The notes: generated by a model from the sequence alone, not told the origin. A stretch of DNA of 64,000 nt from Paraspadella gotoi (GCA_051294375.1 CM119267.1:10410406-10474405); one strand, 5' to 3'; counted from the stretch's first letter, positions 1 through 14,946 are shown. Translations and numbers: made by a program.

Positions 1-3000
1 GTATAACGATAGTTAACGATACTATTTAACGATATTAACGACATATATCGACATTCTCATGCCCCGTTGAGGTCCGCCTATACGGAGACAGTCAGACAGT
101 CTCTCTCTCTCTCTCTCCCTTTCGTCTCTCGTGTGTTTGTGTCGCTGTGGTGCTTGCGTCTGTTGGTGTTTTTGGTGTTATCTCGTCGGTCTCTATACTC
201 TTTCTGTCTTCTCTCGGTGTTTCTCTCGGTTTGTTGATTCTTTAGTGATAAAAATTCTCCTCTCCTGAGACTTCAACCGCTCGACCAAAGGTGCTTCATC
301 GGCTTTCACAAAGATCCAACTCTTTAATATTTCATCGCTCTCAGCTCTCACTCTCGACTGGGTCGTCTCTTCTCGTGCGTTCTCTCTCTCACTGTGCCTC
401 CTGGGTCTCTTCATATACAGTGATTTTTGGTGCTGAAGGGGCAGCTGAATTTTCTTAAGGGTTTTTGCCCGGAGTTTCCTATCTTAATGCCATAAGAAGA
501 GAGGTGGTATGGAATTTGGAGACGACTGGTGGAGATGGAGGTAAGTGAGGGAAGAAGGAGGATGGCCGGGATGGAAGTGATGTGAGACATATTTCGTGGA
601 AGTCGGTCGAGAAGATGAGTGTGGAGGCAGGTGTAGATGGTCGATTTGTGAGTGAGAGGGCGTGGAGTAGGGTATAGGACATAGGGGTAAGTAAAGTTGG
701 AATCGTCGTGGTGGGTTTGGATTGTCCGGAGGAGGAAGCGTTGTCGATCGCTCGTGGCGGTCTTGGAATAATGGTTTGGCCTGGGGCAGTCTGAAGCGTT
801 TGGACGAACGAGAAAAGAGGGAGTTTCGGTTATTATCAAATGTTTGAACTGGGCCGCTGGCTGCGGCGGGGCTGAGCGCGGCTGCGCGGCGGCTGGGGTG
901 AGCGGCGGCTGCGCGGCGGCGTGCGTGGTGAATCTCGGTCATAAAACCGCGGACGAAAAACGCGAAATGAGATTTTTTTTTATTTTAAAAACCAAGTCGA
1001 ATGAGGACGAAATGAGGATTTTCATGAAAAAATACGCCGTGAAATAGTGGTTAGCGCCAAAAAAATCTGTTCCGGGAGTTGCAGTTTGATTTTAATTCTA
1101 TGTTTTTTTACCAATTTCCGACCAAACAAAAATCAAAACCAAAGACGGTAAAATCTTGTTTCGACTCCAGATAAAAGAAATTGAAAGAAGAACAGACAAA
1201 CCGGAAAGAAAAAAATCTCGAATTGTTCACAGAAAGAAAAAGGGAAAAAAGGAAAAAAAAAGGAAAGAAAGCTCATGGAAGAAATGGTCTCGTTTTTTCG
1301 GGGGTCAGAACCCGAAAAGGAACGAAATCTGACCCACACTAGAGGTCGCTCGCTTTGGACGCGACGTCCTTTTTTTTTTACGCTTTCGTGACGACGTCGA
1401 TTGCACGGGCGTCTTGGGAGGTGGAGGCGTTGGCGGCGGCGTTCGGCGTTGCCATGAAACGGTGGTCCGACGTCCTTAAAATAGAGTAATGTAATCGACT
1501 GCTTAAGAAATAAGTTGAGATTTGATGGAATGTTATGTGACATGATGGAACGCCAAGAGTTGACACATAGCTGGAAGCGTTCGCTGAATCGTTTTTAAGA
1601 AACTGGAGCAATAACGATGGGCACTTCTCTCAATGACGTCGAAATCTGCGTAGCATAGGCGATGATGAACGCCAGATGACTTACATTTGCCGGCAAACGA
1701 AGGAAGTTCGATGATTACGTCTTGGCGTCGACATTGAGCCTCCAAAAAAAAAATAACGCGATATAAAAAACGAATTTCGTCGCTAAGAAAGATCGTAACG
1801 TCGAGAAGCGCCTTGGTTTCGTCGCTAAGGAGAGCTAGTCGTGTTGCTAAAGGGGAGCTCGTCGCGCCGCGAGGGGCGTTCGAGACGTCTCCGAGGGAAT
1901 TAGGCGTTGCTAAGGGAATTCGTGCGTCTTTGAAGGGTTGAGAAAAGATAAGGAGAAGACAAAGAAAATGCTAAGGCATTTTGGGGTTTTATCCTGATTG
2001 TAATTACTTAATACTTTAATTCTTTCAAGGACTGAAATATTTCGAAACTTCACTTAATGCACTAACCGTGCTTTCAAAATTATTAAAAAGCTAAAAAATA
2101 AAGCGCTGCATATTTTATAGAAGGTCGTTGCTTCGAACTCCTCCGGAGAATCGAAAATTTTTTTTTTTTAACTTGAACTAATTAAAATTCAAAGAACGTA
2201 TAAATTAATCGAGTCTCGAAGAATAGCTTTTTTTAAGATGGTTAACAATCTTTAGCATGAAGGCGAGGGTCAATTGTTTCCATTTCAATAACAACGCATG
2301 TTATATAGAAATTAACATCACGGAAAATTAAATTTTAAACAATTTAAGTTTGCGCAATGTTGATCTCATTTTACGAATAACTAATCGATATCACAGGATG
2401 CTGATAATTTGTAAATAAATGAAACGGAAAGTTCGATGGCTGTTTGCATCTTAGGCCATTAAAAAGGGATCGTAGAAGTCAGAGCCTCGTGCTATATTCT
2501 AACTTTCGCCGATTATCCTCGAACTTTTCCGAGGGACGAAGGCGACTTTAATCTTTCGTCCCAGAGAAGATCTTCCTCCACATTCTTTCCCCTACCCCCC
2601 TCCCGGCCCCCACTTTTTTTTTCCCATGTCCTCAGATCTTTCCCTGGCCCCACCTTACTTCATTCCACCCCTTTCATTGATAATCTTTCCACAACCCCTT
2701 AAAATCATCGTCCACGCGCCCCATTTTTTGATTACACTATCTTTACCTACAACAAGTTAGTTCCCCGTCACCCTTGTCCCCTCCAAGAACTTTCCCAAAA
2801 CGAAGAAAAAAAAGAAGAAAAAGAAAAGAAAACCGTCCGGCAGCGGAATAACGTTTAAGCGGCGCGAAAACCCCCGGGAGGACAAACGTTTAGAATGGCG
2901 ACCGGGCGCGAAGTCTGATGACGGAGCGTCGTGAGAAACAAATAGAAGGGGGGGTGGGAGATGCAGGGTTGGGGGGGGAATGAAATAAAAGAGCATCGGA

Positions 3001-4417
3001 GTGGAGGAAGGATGAAAGATAGAAGTTGCGAGGCGGACGAAAAAAGAAAATAGAGATAAACAAAGAGAGAGCGGGAAATAGAGAAATAGAAGAGAGAGGG
3101 AATTTTATAGTTGGGAGAGGAGAGAAGATGAGAGGGAGAGAGGAAGAAAGGGAAGGAAAGGAGAGAGGGAGGGAGAGAAGGGGAGGAGAGAGAGGCGGAT
3201 AGGCTGAGTAAGACGGTTTTGGTAAATGGACTCTAGCTGATACGATGATGGTTAGTAAAGTATAGTAAAAGAAGGTACGTTAATCAAGAGTGAAGAGGAA
3301 CAGTTAAGATAATAAGAAATTCTTGACGGATGCTACTGTAGAAAAAGAAAAGAAAAAAGCTACGGTGAACATAACTATTTTAAAACACAATAAAATAATT
3401 CGGGGTATTTAAGAGGAGAAAAATCCCGCAAATAAAGACGCGAAGAGACAAACGGAGAGAACAGAAACACATTTCCCGTTTAGTGAAAACAGGAATAAAA
3501 AGGAGCGGGGTGTATGGCTGCCAAATTCTTCCTTTCGGAGCGGACAAATAACCAGACGAGAAAACAGGGGAGAAAGACGCCGAAAGAAAGAAAAGGGAAA
3601 ATAAAAGAACAGATGGAACAACAACAAAAACCGAAAAAAGGAGGGAGAAAATTTGAAGCGGACCAGTTTTGAACCGGAAACAGATTTAGCTATATGTAGA
3701 GTCGATGAGGATGATGGCGGCGACGTCACGGTGAGTTTCTGGAGATGATTCGCAGATGACCCAACAGAAGATTGATTCAAAGAGCGTCTGTGAAAAGTGT
3801 GCTGTCTGAGATAAGCCGGAAATTAAAAACAGTTTTTTTATTGTTTTGTTTACTGGAGCTTATTCTTCCGTTGGAAATTTTAAAGGACCGCCTCAAAATA
3901 GTCGGAACGCCTCTGATCGCTCGACGGAAAAGTGGTACAAGTGGCGGATTTACAATTGTAACATAAAGTGGAGGAACGAAATTTGAAAGAAGTTATAAAG
4001 CAAATGTTGGAATGGGGAGAAAAGAAGAAAGAAAGTAAAAAAATTAAAATAAATAGCTTTAGAAAAGAAAGTCTAAGGAAAAAAGCAGAAGTTTATCCAT
4101 ACTTGTAGCGTACCAATCCGAAAGACTGAAAGGCAGAAAGAATGAAACAAAATTTCAAGCAAACATAAACAAATATGATGGAGAATCCAAGAAAGAAAAA
4201 AGAAAGAAAAAAAGGAAAGAAATAAAAAAAGACTCTGGTATCCCCATGTAAAAGAACTTATATTGGAGAAGAATGGGGGGAAAAAAAACTTTTTTTAAAT
4301 TTAAAGCAAGAAAGAAGAACGAGTTAATAAGAACGTAGTACTGCTGGAAAATTCAAAGAAAGCAAGGAAGGAAGGAGATGGAAGAGAGAGTGAGAAAGAA
4401 AAGAGCCACAAGGGGGA

Positions 4418-4448
<31 letters not shown>

Positions 4449-6450
4449 GCGTAGTGGGAGGGGAGATGAAAAGAGATTTGGAGAGGAAGATAAAGGTTTG
4501 AAAAATCTCGAGAAATTCGATTAAACTTTAAAGCGATGACGGCGGGAACGAAGACCGAAGGCAGATGAAAAACTTTTGTGTGTGGTTGTGTTTGTGGTGT
4601 GTGCCTGTGTGTTCACAATCACGATTTTAAAAGAAAATTGAGCACTTATTATTTTTTTTTTAAGTAGCAAAAAATGGCCATCTTTCTTTTCCGCCCCGTT
4701 TAAACTTCCTTTTCAAGTGAGAGACGAAGTTGAGAAGGATATATTATTCGATCGGTGAGTGGGGGCGGCAGGCAGAGACCTTTTTTTATTTTAATTTAGG
4801 TTTCCCAGCAAGGGTTTTAAAAAAAGGGAACTTTTTATTTATTTTTACTTTCTTTTTTTCCTTAAGAAAATAAATAAAAATTTGGCGGGGCAGTTCGGAT
4901 CGTTTGGAGAGGGCGAAACTTGGGCATTACCGGAACAATGTACGGGCTCGTTCTCCTTCTCTCAGAATGCCCCGACTTTCGAACAAGAAAAAAAAATAAA
5001 CTTCAAAAGTCATTGGCCAGTCGCAGGTGCGCCACTCAGACTATCGAGTTATTGCTACTTTCGAAAGTTTTTTTCTTCTCTCTCTCTTCTCTCTTTTTTT
5101 ATCAGCGTGGCGTGATATTTTTGGTTTCGAACACATTATTTTCGTGTTTATCGCTGTAATCGACGCGACCGTCTTCTCTTGGGACCCTCCTGCGAGAAAA
5201 ACAGATTTAAACACCTACGAAAAAGATCCAGCCTGACCACGACCTCTTTCGACTCTATCCGTAATAACCAGAGAGAGAGAGAGAGCTGGAGAGAAGAGAG
5301 AGAAGGAGGAGAGAGACGAATAGACCCTTTGCTCCCGTAACCCAATTGTTTTGGCCTAATCTATGTTTTAAAAGAAAAAAAAAGAACCATTAAAAACGAA
5401 AGAGGGGGAAAAAACACTTCATATCATTTCGACAAGTGAGAAAGAGAAGAAGTTGAATTTCGAAGAAAAATGAAGGGAAAAAAAATCTAAATTCGAGAGA
5501 CACGATTTGTCTCCGTTCGTGTTTTTTGTGTTTTTTTTCATTTTATCTTATGTTTTCTTTTAATTTCGTTGTTATCGGCTTTGGAAAGGGATAACAAATA
5601 GGGGATAAAAAAAAAACAACTAGGCTATTTTTAAGAAGAAATTTTGAGAAAAAACATAGGGGGTAATTTTCGAAAATAAACAGCCGCCAGAGATAACTGC
5701 GCGCTCGGAAAGGCGTGGAAGGGCTTCACGACGTCCGTTTTTCGAAAAAAAAAAAAAAGAAATAGAAACGATAACAAAGTTCGATTACGGGATCGAAAAA
5801 TCGACGCAGTTTAAATAAATTTAAGGAGAATTAAAATGAAAATGTCGTCATCGTCAATCGTACGACAATGACACGAATAGCGTCGAGGGGATTAAACTTG
5901 AATTAAAAGCACAAGCCAGTTAATTTGTTAGAAATTTGAAATTTCCCGATTTGTTTTTTTTTTTTTTTCGGGAATGTTTGTTTCGATTTGTTGTAGCGAA
6001 AATTTCGTTTTTCACTGTGAGGAGGCCGAGAGGGCGGGCCAAGTTCCCCAGAGAAATTAAAGAGAAAGTGTTTTTTTTCTTCTGATGCGAAAACGAGGTC
6101 TTATCTACAAAAAGGGAACCGGACCGAAACCGGTCGCCCGATGATTAAGGGGAATTAAATCCGGATTTTGATCAGGATTTCGATCGAGAATTCCGATTCT
6201 CTCTTCTTTTTTTTGGTTTAAACTGGAGGAAGGGAAGAGGAAACTCTTTCTCTCGTTTTTTATTTCAGTCGTGATTAGAGACATTGGTACCGGGAGACGA
6301 CGGCGACGACGATGACGACGACGATGGCACTGTGAAAACGGTTTTGAGTCTAACGTTGGATTTTCGATTTGATAAACCGACGTTTATGTCAGATTGTCAG
6401 CTCACGCGCTCACATCATTATTAGATCAAACTCTACAAACACATCCAAAA

Positions 6451-6533
6451 ACAATACAATACAATCCAATCCAATCCAATACAATACAATACAATACAAT
6501 ACAATACAATACAATACAATACAATACAATACA
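6451..6533. repeat. (AATAC)n pentanucleotide microsatellite with AATCC variants
   Basis: Directly visible. Confidence 0.95.
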
Positions 6534-6712
6534 AGTCGGAGCCAAAAATGCCGTCGTGGTAAATCGAACAGACGAACCAATCGATCGAAGTGACCGACCG
6601 TCCAAAAAAAAATGACTCTGAGCTTCTGCACTTGTTCAAGAAAATAAAGAAAATTTTGTTTTTTGATGACGAAGACTCAGATGCGGCGACGAACCTTTTT
6701 TGTGATTAACGA

Positions 6713-6760
6713 CGATATTAACGAAATTAACGATATTAACGATATTAACGATATTAACGA
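6713..6760. repeat. (GATATTAAC)n 9-mer tandem repeat (degenerate copy at 1-45)
   Basis: Directly visible. Confidence 0.85.
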
Positions 6761-6803
6761 CGATATCCGATTCTCTCCCTTGAGCCGCCATAGGAGACGT
6801 CAG

Positions 6804-6840
<37 letters not shown>

Positions 6841-9800
6841 NNNNNNNNNNNNNNNNNNNNNNNNNNNNNNNNNNNNNNNNNNNNNNNNNNNNNNNNNNNN
6901 NNNNNNNNNNNNNNNNNNNNNNNNNNNNNNNNNNNNNNNNNNNNNNNNAAAATTCTCTCCCTGAGACTTCACCGGCTCACCCAAAGGGCTTCATCGGCTT
7001 TCACAAAGATCCAACTCTTTAATATTCTCTCGCTCTNNNNNNNNNNNNNNNNNNNNNNNNNNNNNNNNNNNNNNNNNNNNNNNNNNNNNNNNNNNNNNNN
7101 NNNNNNNNNNNNNNNNNNNNNNNNNNNNNNNNNNNNNNNNNNNNNNNNNNNNNNNNNNNNNNNNNNNNNNNNNNNNNNNNNNNNNNNNNNNNNNNNNNNN
7201 NNNNNNNNNNNNNNNNNNNNNNNNNNNNNNNNNNNNNNNNNNNNNNNNNNNNNNNNNNNNNNNNNNNNNNNNNNNNNNNNNNNNNNNNNNNNNNNNNNNN
7301 NNNNNNNNNNNNNNNNNNNNNNNNNNNNNNNNNNNNNNNNNGATGAGAAGGAGGAAGAGGAGGAGGCGGGATGGAATGGAATATTTTCTGGAGGGCGAAG
7401 AGATGAGAGGAGACAAGATGGTCGAGTGAGAGAGGCGGAGGGTAAGGACATAGGTAAGTAAATGGAACGCTGTGGTGGGATTTTGGAGCCGGAGAGAGCG
7501 TTCGACGTGGCGGCGAAATGGTTGACGCGTCGGAACGTGGACGAAGAGAAAATAGATGGAGTTCGGTTATTATTCAATGTTTGAACTGGCGCTGGCTGCG
7601 GCGGCGGCTGAGCGGCGGCTGCGCGGCGGCTGGGGCTGAGCGGCGGCTGCGCGGCGGCGTGCGTGGTGAATCTCGGTCATAAAACCGCGGACGAAAAACG
7701 GAAATGAGATTTTTTTTTTTTTTTTAAAAACCAAGTCGAATGAGGACGAAAAGAGATTTTCATGAAAATACGCGTGAAATAGTGGTTAGCGCAAACAAAA
7801 AATCGTTCTGGGAGTTGCAGTTGATTTTAATTCTATGTTTTTTACCCAATTTCGCCAAACTAAAAAAAACCAAGCAGTAAATCTTATTTTGACTCAGATA
7901 AAAGAAATTGAAAGAGACAGACAACCGAAAGGAAAAAAATCGCGAAATTGTCACAAAGAAAAAGGAAAAAAGGATAAAAAAAAAAAGGAAGAAAGTCTCA
8001 TGGAAGAAAATGGTCTCGTTTTTTCGGGGTCAGAACCAGGGAACGAATCTGACCCACATAGAGGTCGCTCGCTTTGACCGACGCCTTTTTTTTTACGACT
8101 TTCGTGGACGACGTCGATTGCACGGGGCGTCTTGGGAGGTGGAGGCGTTGGCGGCGGCGTCGGCGTTGCCATGACAACGGTGGTCCGACGTCTTAAAAGA
8201 GTAATGTATCGACTGCTTAAGAAATAGTTGAGATTTGATGGAATGTTATGTGACATGATGGAACCCAAGAGTTGACGACATAGCTGGAGCGTTTCGCTGA
8301 ATTGTTTTTTAAGAAACTGGAGCAATAACGATGGCAACTTCTCAATGACGTCGAAATCTGCGTAGCATCGGCGATGATGACGCAGATGACTTACATTTGC
8401 CGGCAAACGAAGGAAGTCGATGATTACGTCATTGGCGTCGACATTAGCCTCCAAAAAAATAACCGAATAAATAAACGAATTCGTCGCTAAGAAAGATCGT
8501 AACGTCGAGAAGCGCCTTGGTTTCGTCGCTAAGGAGAGCTCGTCGCGTTGCTAAGGGGAGCTCGTCGCGCCGCGAGGGGCGGTTCGAGACGTCTCCGAGG
8601 GAATTTAGGCGTTGCTAAGGGAATTCGTTGCGTCTTTGAGGGTTCGAGAAAAGAGATAAGCGAGAAGACAATAGAAAATGCTAAGGATTTTGGGGGTTTA
8701 TCTGGATTGTATTACTTAATAATTCTTATCCAAGGACTGAATATTTCGAAACTGCACTTAATCCTAACCCGTGCTTTCAAAATTATTAAAAAGCTAAAAA
8801 ATAAAGCGCTGCATATTTATAAAGGTCGTTGCTTCGAACTCCTCCGGAGGAATCGAATTTTTTTTTCTAATTAAATTCAACGTATAAATTAATCGAGTCT
8901 CGAAGAAGCTTTTTTAAGATGTTAACAATTCTTTAGTATGAAGGCGAGGGTCAATTTGTTTCGTTTCATAACAAAGGATGTTATTTAGAAGTTAACGCAT
9001 CACGGAAATTAATTTTAAACAATTTAAGTTTGCCAATGTTGATCTCTTTTACGATACTAATCGATATCACATACTAATAATTTGTAAATAAAATAGAAAC
9101 GGAAGTTCACTTTGCATCCTAGCCATTAAAAAGGATCGTAGAAGCAGAGCCCGTGCTATATTCTACTTTCGCCGGATTATCCTCGACCTTTTCCGAGGGA
9201 CGAAGGCGACTTTAATCTTCGTCCCAAAAGATCTTCCTCCACATTCTTTCCCTACCCCCCTCCCGGCCCCCCCTTTTTTTTCCCTCCTCAGACTTTCCCT
9301 GGCCACCTGACTTCATTCCACCCTTTCTTGATAATCTCCACAACCCCTTAAATCATCTCCCGCGCCCCATTTTTTGCCTACACTATCTTTAGTACAACAA
9401 GTTAGTTCCCCGTCACCCTTGTCCCTCAAACTTTCCCAAAAGAAGAAAAAAAAGAAGAAAAAGAAAAAAAAACCGTCCCGCAGCGGGAATAACAGTTAAG
9501 CCGGCGCGAAAACCCGGAGGACAAACGTTAGATGGCGACCGGGGCGCGAAGTCTGACGGCGTCGTGAGAAACAAAAAGGGGGGGTGGGAGATGCAGGGTG
9601 GGGGGGAAGAAATAAAAGAGCATCGGAGTGGAGGAAGGGAAAGATAAGAAGTTGGGAGGCGGACGAAAAAGAAAATATGAGATAAACAAAGAGAGAGCGG
9701 GAAATAAGAAATAGAGAGAGAGGATTTATAGTTGGAGAGAGAGAAGGAGAGAGGGAGAGAGGAAGAAAGGGAAAAAAGTAGAGAGGGAGGGAGAGAGGGA

Positions 9801-10964
9801 GAGAGAAGAGGATAGCAAACTGCTTTGAAAATGAGCTCAGCTGATACGATGGACGGTAGGAAAGTAAGTAAAAGAAGGTACGTAAATCAAATGGAAGAGG
9901 AAAGTTAGAAACTATAAATTCTTGACGGATGCTACTGTAGAAAAAGAAAAGAAATAATGTACGTGAACCTAACTATTTAAAAACAAATAAAATAATCGGG
10001 TATTTAAAAAGAGGAGAAAAAATCCCCGGCAATAAAGACGAAGAGACAAACGGAGAGACAGAAACACATTTCCCGTTTATGAAACAGGAAATAAAAAGAG
10101 CGGGTGTTGCTGCCAATTCTTCCTTTCGGAAGCGGAACAAATAACCAGACGAGAAACCAGGGAGAAAGACGCCGAAGAAAGAAAAAGGGAAAAAAACAGA
10201 TGAACACAACAAAACCGAAAAAAAGAGGGAGAAAATGTTGAGGGACCAGTTTGACCGGAAACAGATTTAGCTATATGATGATGACGATGAGGATGATGGC
10301 GCCAACGTCACGGTGACGTTCGGAGATGATTCGCAGATGACCCTACAGATTATTCAAGGAGCGTCTGTGAAAAGTTGCCTCGAGATAAGCGATACAGTTT
10401 TTTTTTGTTTTGTTTACTGAGCGTTATTCTTCCGTCGGAATTTTAAGGTCCGCCTCAAAATAGAGACGCCGGTGATGCTCGACGGAAAAGTGGTACAGTT
10501 TGGCGGATTTACAATTGTACATAAGTGGAACGAAATTTGAAAGAAGATATAAGTAAATGTTGGATGGGGGAGAAAGAAAGAAAGAAAAAAAAGTAAAATA
10601 AATAGCTTTAAGAAAAGAAAGTTAGGAAAAAAGCAAGAAAGTTTATCATACTTGTAAGCGTACCAAATCCGAAAGACTGAAAAGGAGAAAGAATTGGAAC
10701 AAAATTTCAAGCAAAACATAAACAAACTTTGATGGAGAATCCAAGAAAGAAAAAGAAAGAAAAAAAAAGAAAAGAAAAAAAAAGACTCTGTATCCCATGT
10801 AAAAGAACTATATTGGAAAGACTGGGGGGAAAAAAAAACTTTTTTTATTTAAAGCAAGAAAAGAATGAACGAGTTTATAAGAACGTAGTACTGCTGGGAA
10901 AATTCAAAAGAAAGCAGGAAGGAAGGAGATGGAGAGAGAGTGAGAAAGAAAAGAGCCACAAGGG

Positions 10965-10995
<31 letters not shown>

Positions 10996-13161
10996 GCGTA
11001 GTGGGAGGGAGATGAAAAGAGATTTGGAGAGAAGATAAAGGTTTGAAAATCTCGAGACAATTCGATTAAACTTTAAAGCGACGGCGACGAAGACCGAAGG
11101 CAGATGAAAAACTTTTTTTGTGTGTGTGTTTGTGTGTGTCTGTGTGTTTCACGATTTTAAGAAAATTGAGCACCTTATTATTTTTTTTTAAGTACAAAAA
11201 TGGCCTCTTTCTTTTCCCCGTTTTAAATTCCTTTTCAAGTGCAGAGACGAAGTTGAGACGGATATATTTATCACGCAGACCTTTTTTTATTTTAATTAGT
11301 TTCCCAGCAAGTTTTAAAAAAAGGAAACTTTTATTTATTTTTACTTTCTTTTTTTCTTAAGAAATAAATAAAATTTGTGGCAGTTCGATCGTTGGAGAGG
11401 AAACTGGGCAATTAACCGAACAATGTACCTCGTTCTCCTTCTCGATGCCCGAACATTTCGAACAATGAAAAAAAAATAAACTTCAAAAGTCATTGGCCAG
11501 TCGCAGGTGCGCCACTCAGACTATCGAGTTATTGCTACTTTCGAAAGTTTTTTTCTTCTCTCTCTCTCTCTCTTTTATCACGTGATATTTTTTTTTCGAA
11601 CATTATTTTCGTGTTTATCGCTGTATCGACGCGACCGAACCCTCCTGCGAGAAAACAGATTTACAACCTACGAAAAAATCCAGCCGACGACCTCTTCGAC
11701 TCTACGATAACCAGAGAGAGAGAGAGAGGGAGAGAGAGAGAGAGACGATAGACCTTTGCTTCCCGATAACCCAATTGTTTTGGCCTAATCTATGTTTAAA
11801 AAAAAAAAAGAAACCATTAAAAACGAAAAGAGGGGAAAAAACACTTCATTAGTCATTTCGACAAGTGAGAAAGAGAAGAGTTGAATTTCGAAGAAAATGA
11901 AGGGAAAAAAAATCTAAATTCGAGAGAACGATTTGTCTCCGTTCGTGTTTTTTGTGTTTTTTTCATTTTAATCTTATGTTTTCTTTTAATTCGTTGTTAT
12001 CGCTTTGGAAAGGGATACAAAATAGGGATAAAAAAAAAACAAACTAGGCCTATTTTTAGAAAATTGTGAGAAAAAAATAGGGGGTAATTCGAAAATAAAC
12101 AGCCGGCCAGAGATAACTGCGCGTCGGAAGGCGTGGAAGGGCTTCACGACGTCGTTTCGAAAAAAAAAAAAAAAATAGAAACGATAACAAATTCGATTCG
12201 GGATCGAAAATCGACGCAGTTTAAAATAAATTTAAAGGAGAAAATTAAAATGATAATTGTCGTCATCGTCATCGTACGACAATGACAGCGAATAGCGTCG
12301 AGGGGATTAAACTTGATTAAAGCACAAGCCAGTTAATTTGTAGATAATTTGGAATCGATTTGTTTTTTTTTCGGGATGTTTTTTCGATTTGTTTTGTGTA
12401 TTGTTAGCGAAAGTCGAAAAATTTCGTTTTCACTGAAGTCTGATGTCAACCAGAAAACAATCGAGATGAGAAAGAAGAGAGAAGAAGAGAGAGACCAGAT
12501 GAGAAGAGAGAGAAGAGAGGATGAGAGACGAATGATAGAGAGGAGGAGAGAGGCATAAGCGGGGAAGTCGTCCGGGCGCGATGGGTAAGGCTTTTTTTAT
12601 TTCAAGGTTAAGGGCGCTATGCATTGGCCGAGAGAGGAGAGAGAAGAGAAGGAAGAGAGAGAGATGGAAGAGAGAGGGGAGGGAGAGAGGGAGAGAAAGA
12701 GAGTAGAGAGAGGAGAACGAGGAGAAGAGAGAGAGATGACGAGAGGAAGGTGGTGAAGAATAGTGAGGCAGGTCGAGTGTTGAGAGAGCAGGCGAAAGCC
12801 GGGGGAAGAACGCAGCAGGAGCGGCAGAGACCGAGTGAGAGAGAGAGGAGAGACATGAGACGAGGAGAGAGCGAGGACTGAGCGGGAGGGATGAGAAACG
12901 AACCGAAGACCGAAAGAGAGAGAAGAGAGACTAGAGGACGAGAGGAGAGGAGGAGAGAAGAGAGAGACGATGAGAGAGATCAGGGGAGAGGAGTGGGGAG
13001 AGGACGGTGTAAAGTGGGATGATGGAGATTTGAGAGAGAGAGGAGGAGAGAGAGAGGAGAGGAAAAACTCGACATTTTCAGCGAGAACGATGACGACGTC
13101 GACGACGATATTCGCGACGACGAGCGACGTCACTTGTTTCTTCGTCGCCGAGAAGAGAAAT

Positions 13162-13173
13162 AGTCACGTGACT
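13162..13173. promoter_or_regulatory. Palindromic extended E-box/CLEAR-type site AGTCACGTGACT (duplicate at 18601-18612; GGTCACGTGACC at 38408-38419)
   Basis: Perfect 12-bp palindromes containing GTCACGTGAC, the known MiT/TFE-USF consensus. Function is not shown. Confidence 0.3.
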
Positions 13174-13372
13174 CAGTGGAAAAATAAAGAGAAAACTCGT
13201 TTCCATGGCGACCCGGGGATCCGTTCCCGCCAAACGAGAGATTGAGAGAGCGAGAGGGGATTGGAAGGATGGGGAAAAGCGAGAAGAGAGGAAGAGCGGA
13301 AGGAATAAGAGGGAGAATGGGGGGAAAAAATAGGAGAGGGAATAATGAGAAAGATTGGAAAAGTGAAAGAGA

Positions 13373-13630
13373 GGGAAAAATAAGGATTGAAGAAAAGGAA
13401 AATAAGGGAAAAATAAGGATTGAAGAAAGGGAAAATAAGGGAAAAATAAGGATTGAAGAAAGGGAAAATAAGGGGAAAATAAGGATTGAAGAAAGGAAAA
13501 AATAAAGATTGAAGAAATGGAAAAATAAGGGAAAAATAAGGATTGAAGAAAGGGAAAAATAGGGGAAAAATAAGGATTGAAGAAAGGGAAAAATAAAGAT
13601 TGAAGAAAGAGAAAAATAAGGATTGAAAAA
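13373..13630. repeat. Purine-rich minisatellite, ~33-bp unit GGGAAAAATAAGGATTGAAGAAAGGGAAAATAA (degenerate copy at ~18810-18990)
   Basis: Roughly 8-9 head-to-tail full or truncated units are directly visible. Confidence 0.85.
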
Positions 13631-14882
13631 AGTGAAAAAAAAGAGAAAATAAATGAGGAGAAAGAGACTGAGATAAAGTGGGATAAGAAGATTAAAACTG
13701 ATTGGTATCCAGTGATTGTTGGACTTGAAGAAACTATAAAAGTACACTCGCGTTGCCTCAGAAAAATAGTTTGCATTTTTTTTATCTGCAAAGATTTGTT
13801 TCATCTCTTTATCTATAATATCATTCAACTATCAATAAACTTTTTATATATGTATATTATTAGTTTTGTCTTCCTAACTGTCCGACCGAAAAAGCGTCTT
13901 GTTTCGTTGCAAGCCGCGAAAGCACATGATTTAAAAAAATGAGAAACAAGTTGAGGGTAAATTAAAAGAAAATCTCGATTATTCAAATGCAAATACGGAG
14001 AGAGGAGATGAGAGAGATGAGATGAGAGAGAGAGAGAGAGAGAGAGAGATGAGATGAGAGAGAGAGAGAGAGATGAGGAGAGAAAGTCTTCGGTAAGGCG
14101 GGGAAAATATTTCGAATATTAATATTTCCTTCTTTCGTGCAGAATACGTCAGTGGATCCGTCCCGATTTCTCGGAGGAGAGATTTATATCGGACGAAGAA
14201 TAAGAAGAAGAATGAAGAAGAAGAAAGAAGAACAACGACAACAACAAAATCTTTTTCTTCGCGAGGAACTCACGTTTTGCGAAGTTGACTTGTGGAAGGG
14301 GGGGGACGGGGCGGTGGGGAGGGGGAGTCAGGCAGGTGAGATAGGAAGAGAAAGCAGGAGAAATAAGACGGATAAAATCTGGCCTGGTTCTCACAGATTT
14401 TTTTGGTTAGATTTTTGTGCCCGGTAGCGATGGCGTTTGGCAGGTTGAAGTAGTATAGTATGTAGTTGTAGTATGTACGTATAAGTATCAATTGTAGAAT
14501 TTTAATAACTGTAACGATTACGATAATGAAACGTGATGTTTATTAAAATCGGTTGATAGTTTGTACCGTATTAATTATTTTAATTACGTTTTTGAATAAT
14601 ATTTACGATATTGATCCTTTCTATCGTCTACGTTTGTAGTTTAAAGGATGAAAATTTTGTTAAATGTTTCTATAACGATTTTATTTTTTGTATTATAACG
14701 GACATGTTTTGCTTTCGTGCAAGCCTTCCGGCGTTACAAGTTGGTTATAATTTTGACAAAAAATATTTGTATGTTATCAGCGTTGTGCACCTCAAAACTA
14801 AAAAAAGAAATAGTAACTAAAGAAAAGATTTGTTTGGAGGTCGGGAGTGATTCCTCGACGGTTAGTGACAGGGAAAGACTGC

Positions 14883-14946
<64 letters not shown>

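Larger units (their letters stand above)
1..12435. repeat. Tandem block duplication A: ~1-6015 and ~6700-12435
   Basis: Colinear shared text throughout (e.g. GTGGTGAATCTCGGTCATAAAACCGCGG at ~925 and ~7663; GCCACTCAGACTATCGAG at ~5031 and ~11511). Differences are mostly small indels. Confidence 0.9.

Noticed and set aside
13373-13630. 33-bp repeats read as a CRISPR array or as a repeat protein (237-aa ORF 13078-13791)
   Set aside because: The units are head-to-tail with no unique spacers and no cas genes, in a eukaryotic context. The ORF is a by-product of the stop-poor repeat strand.
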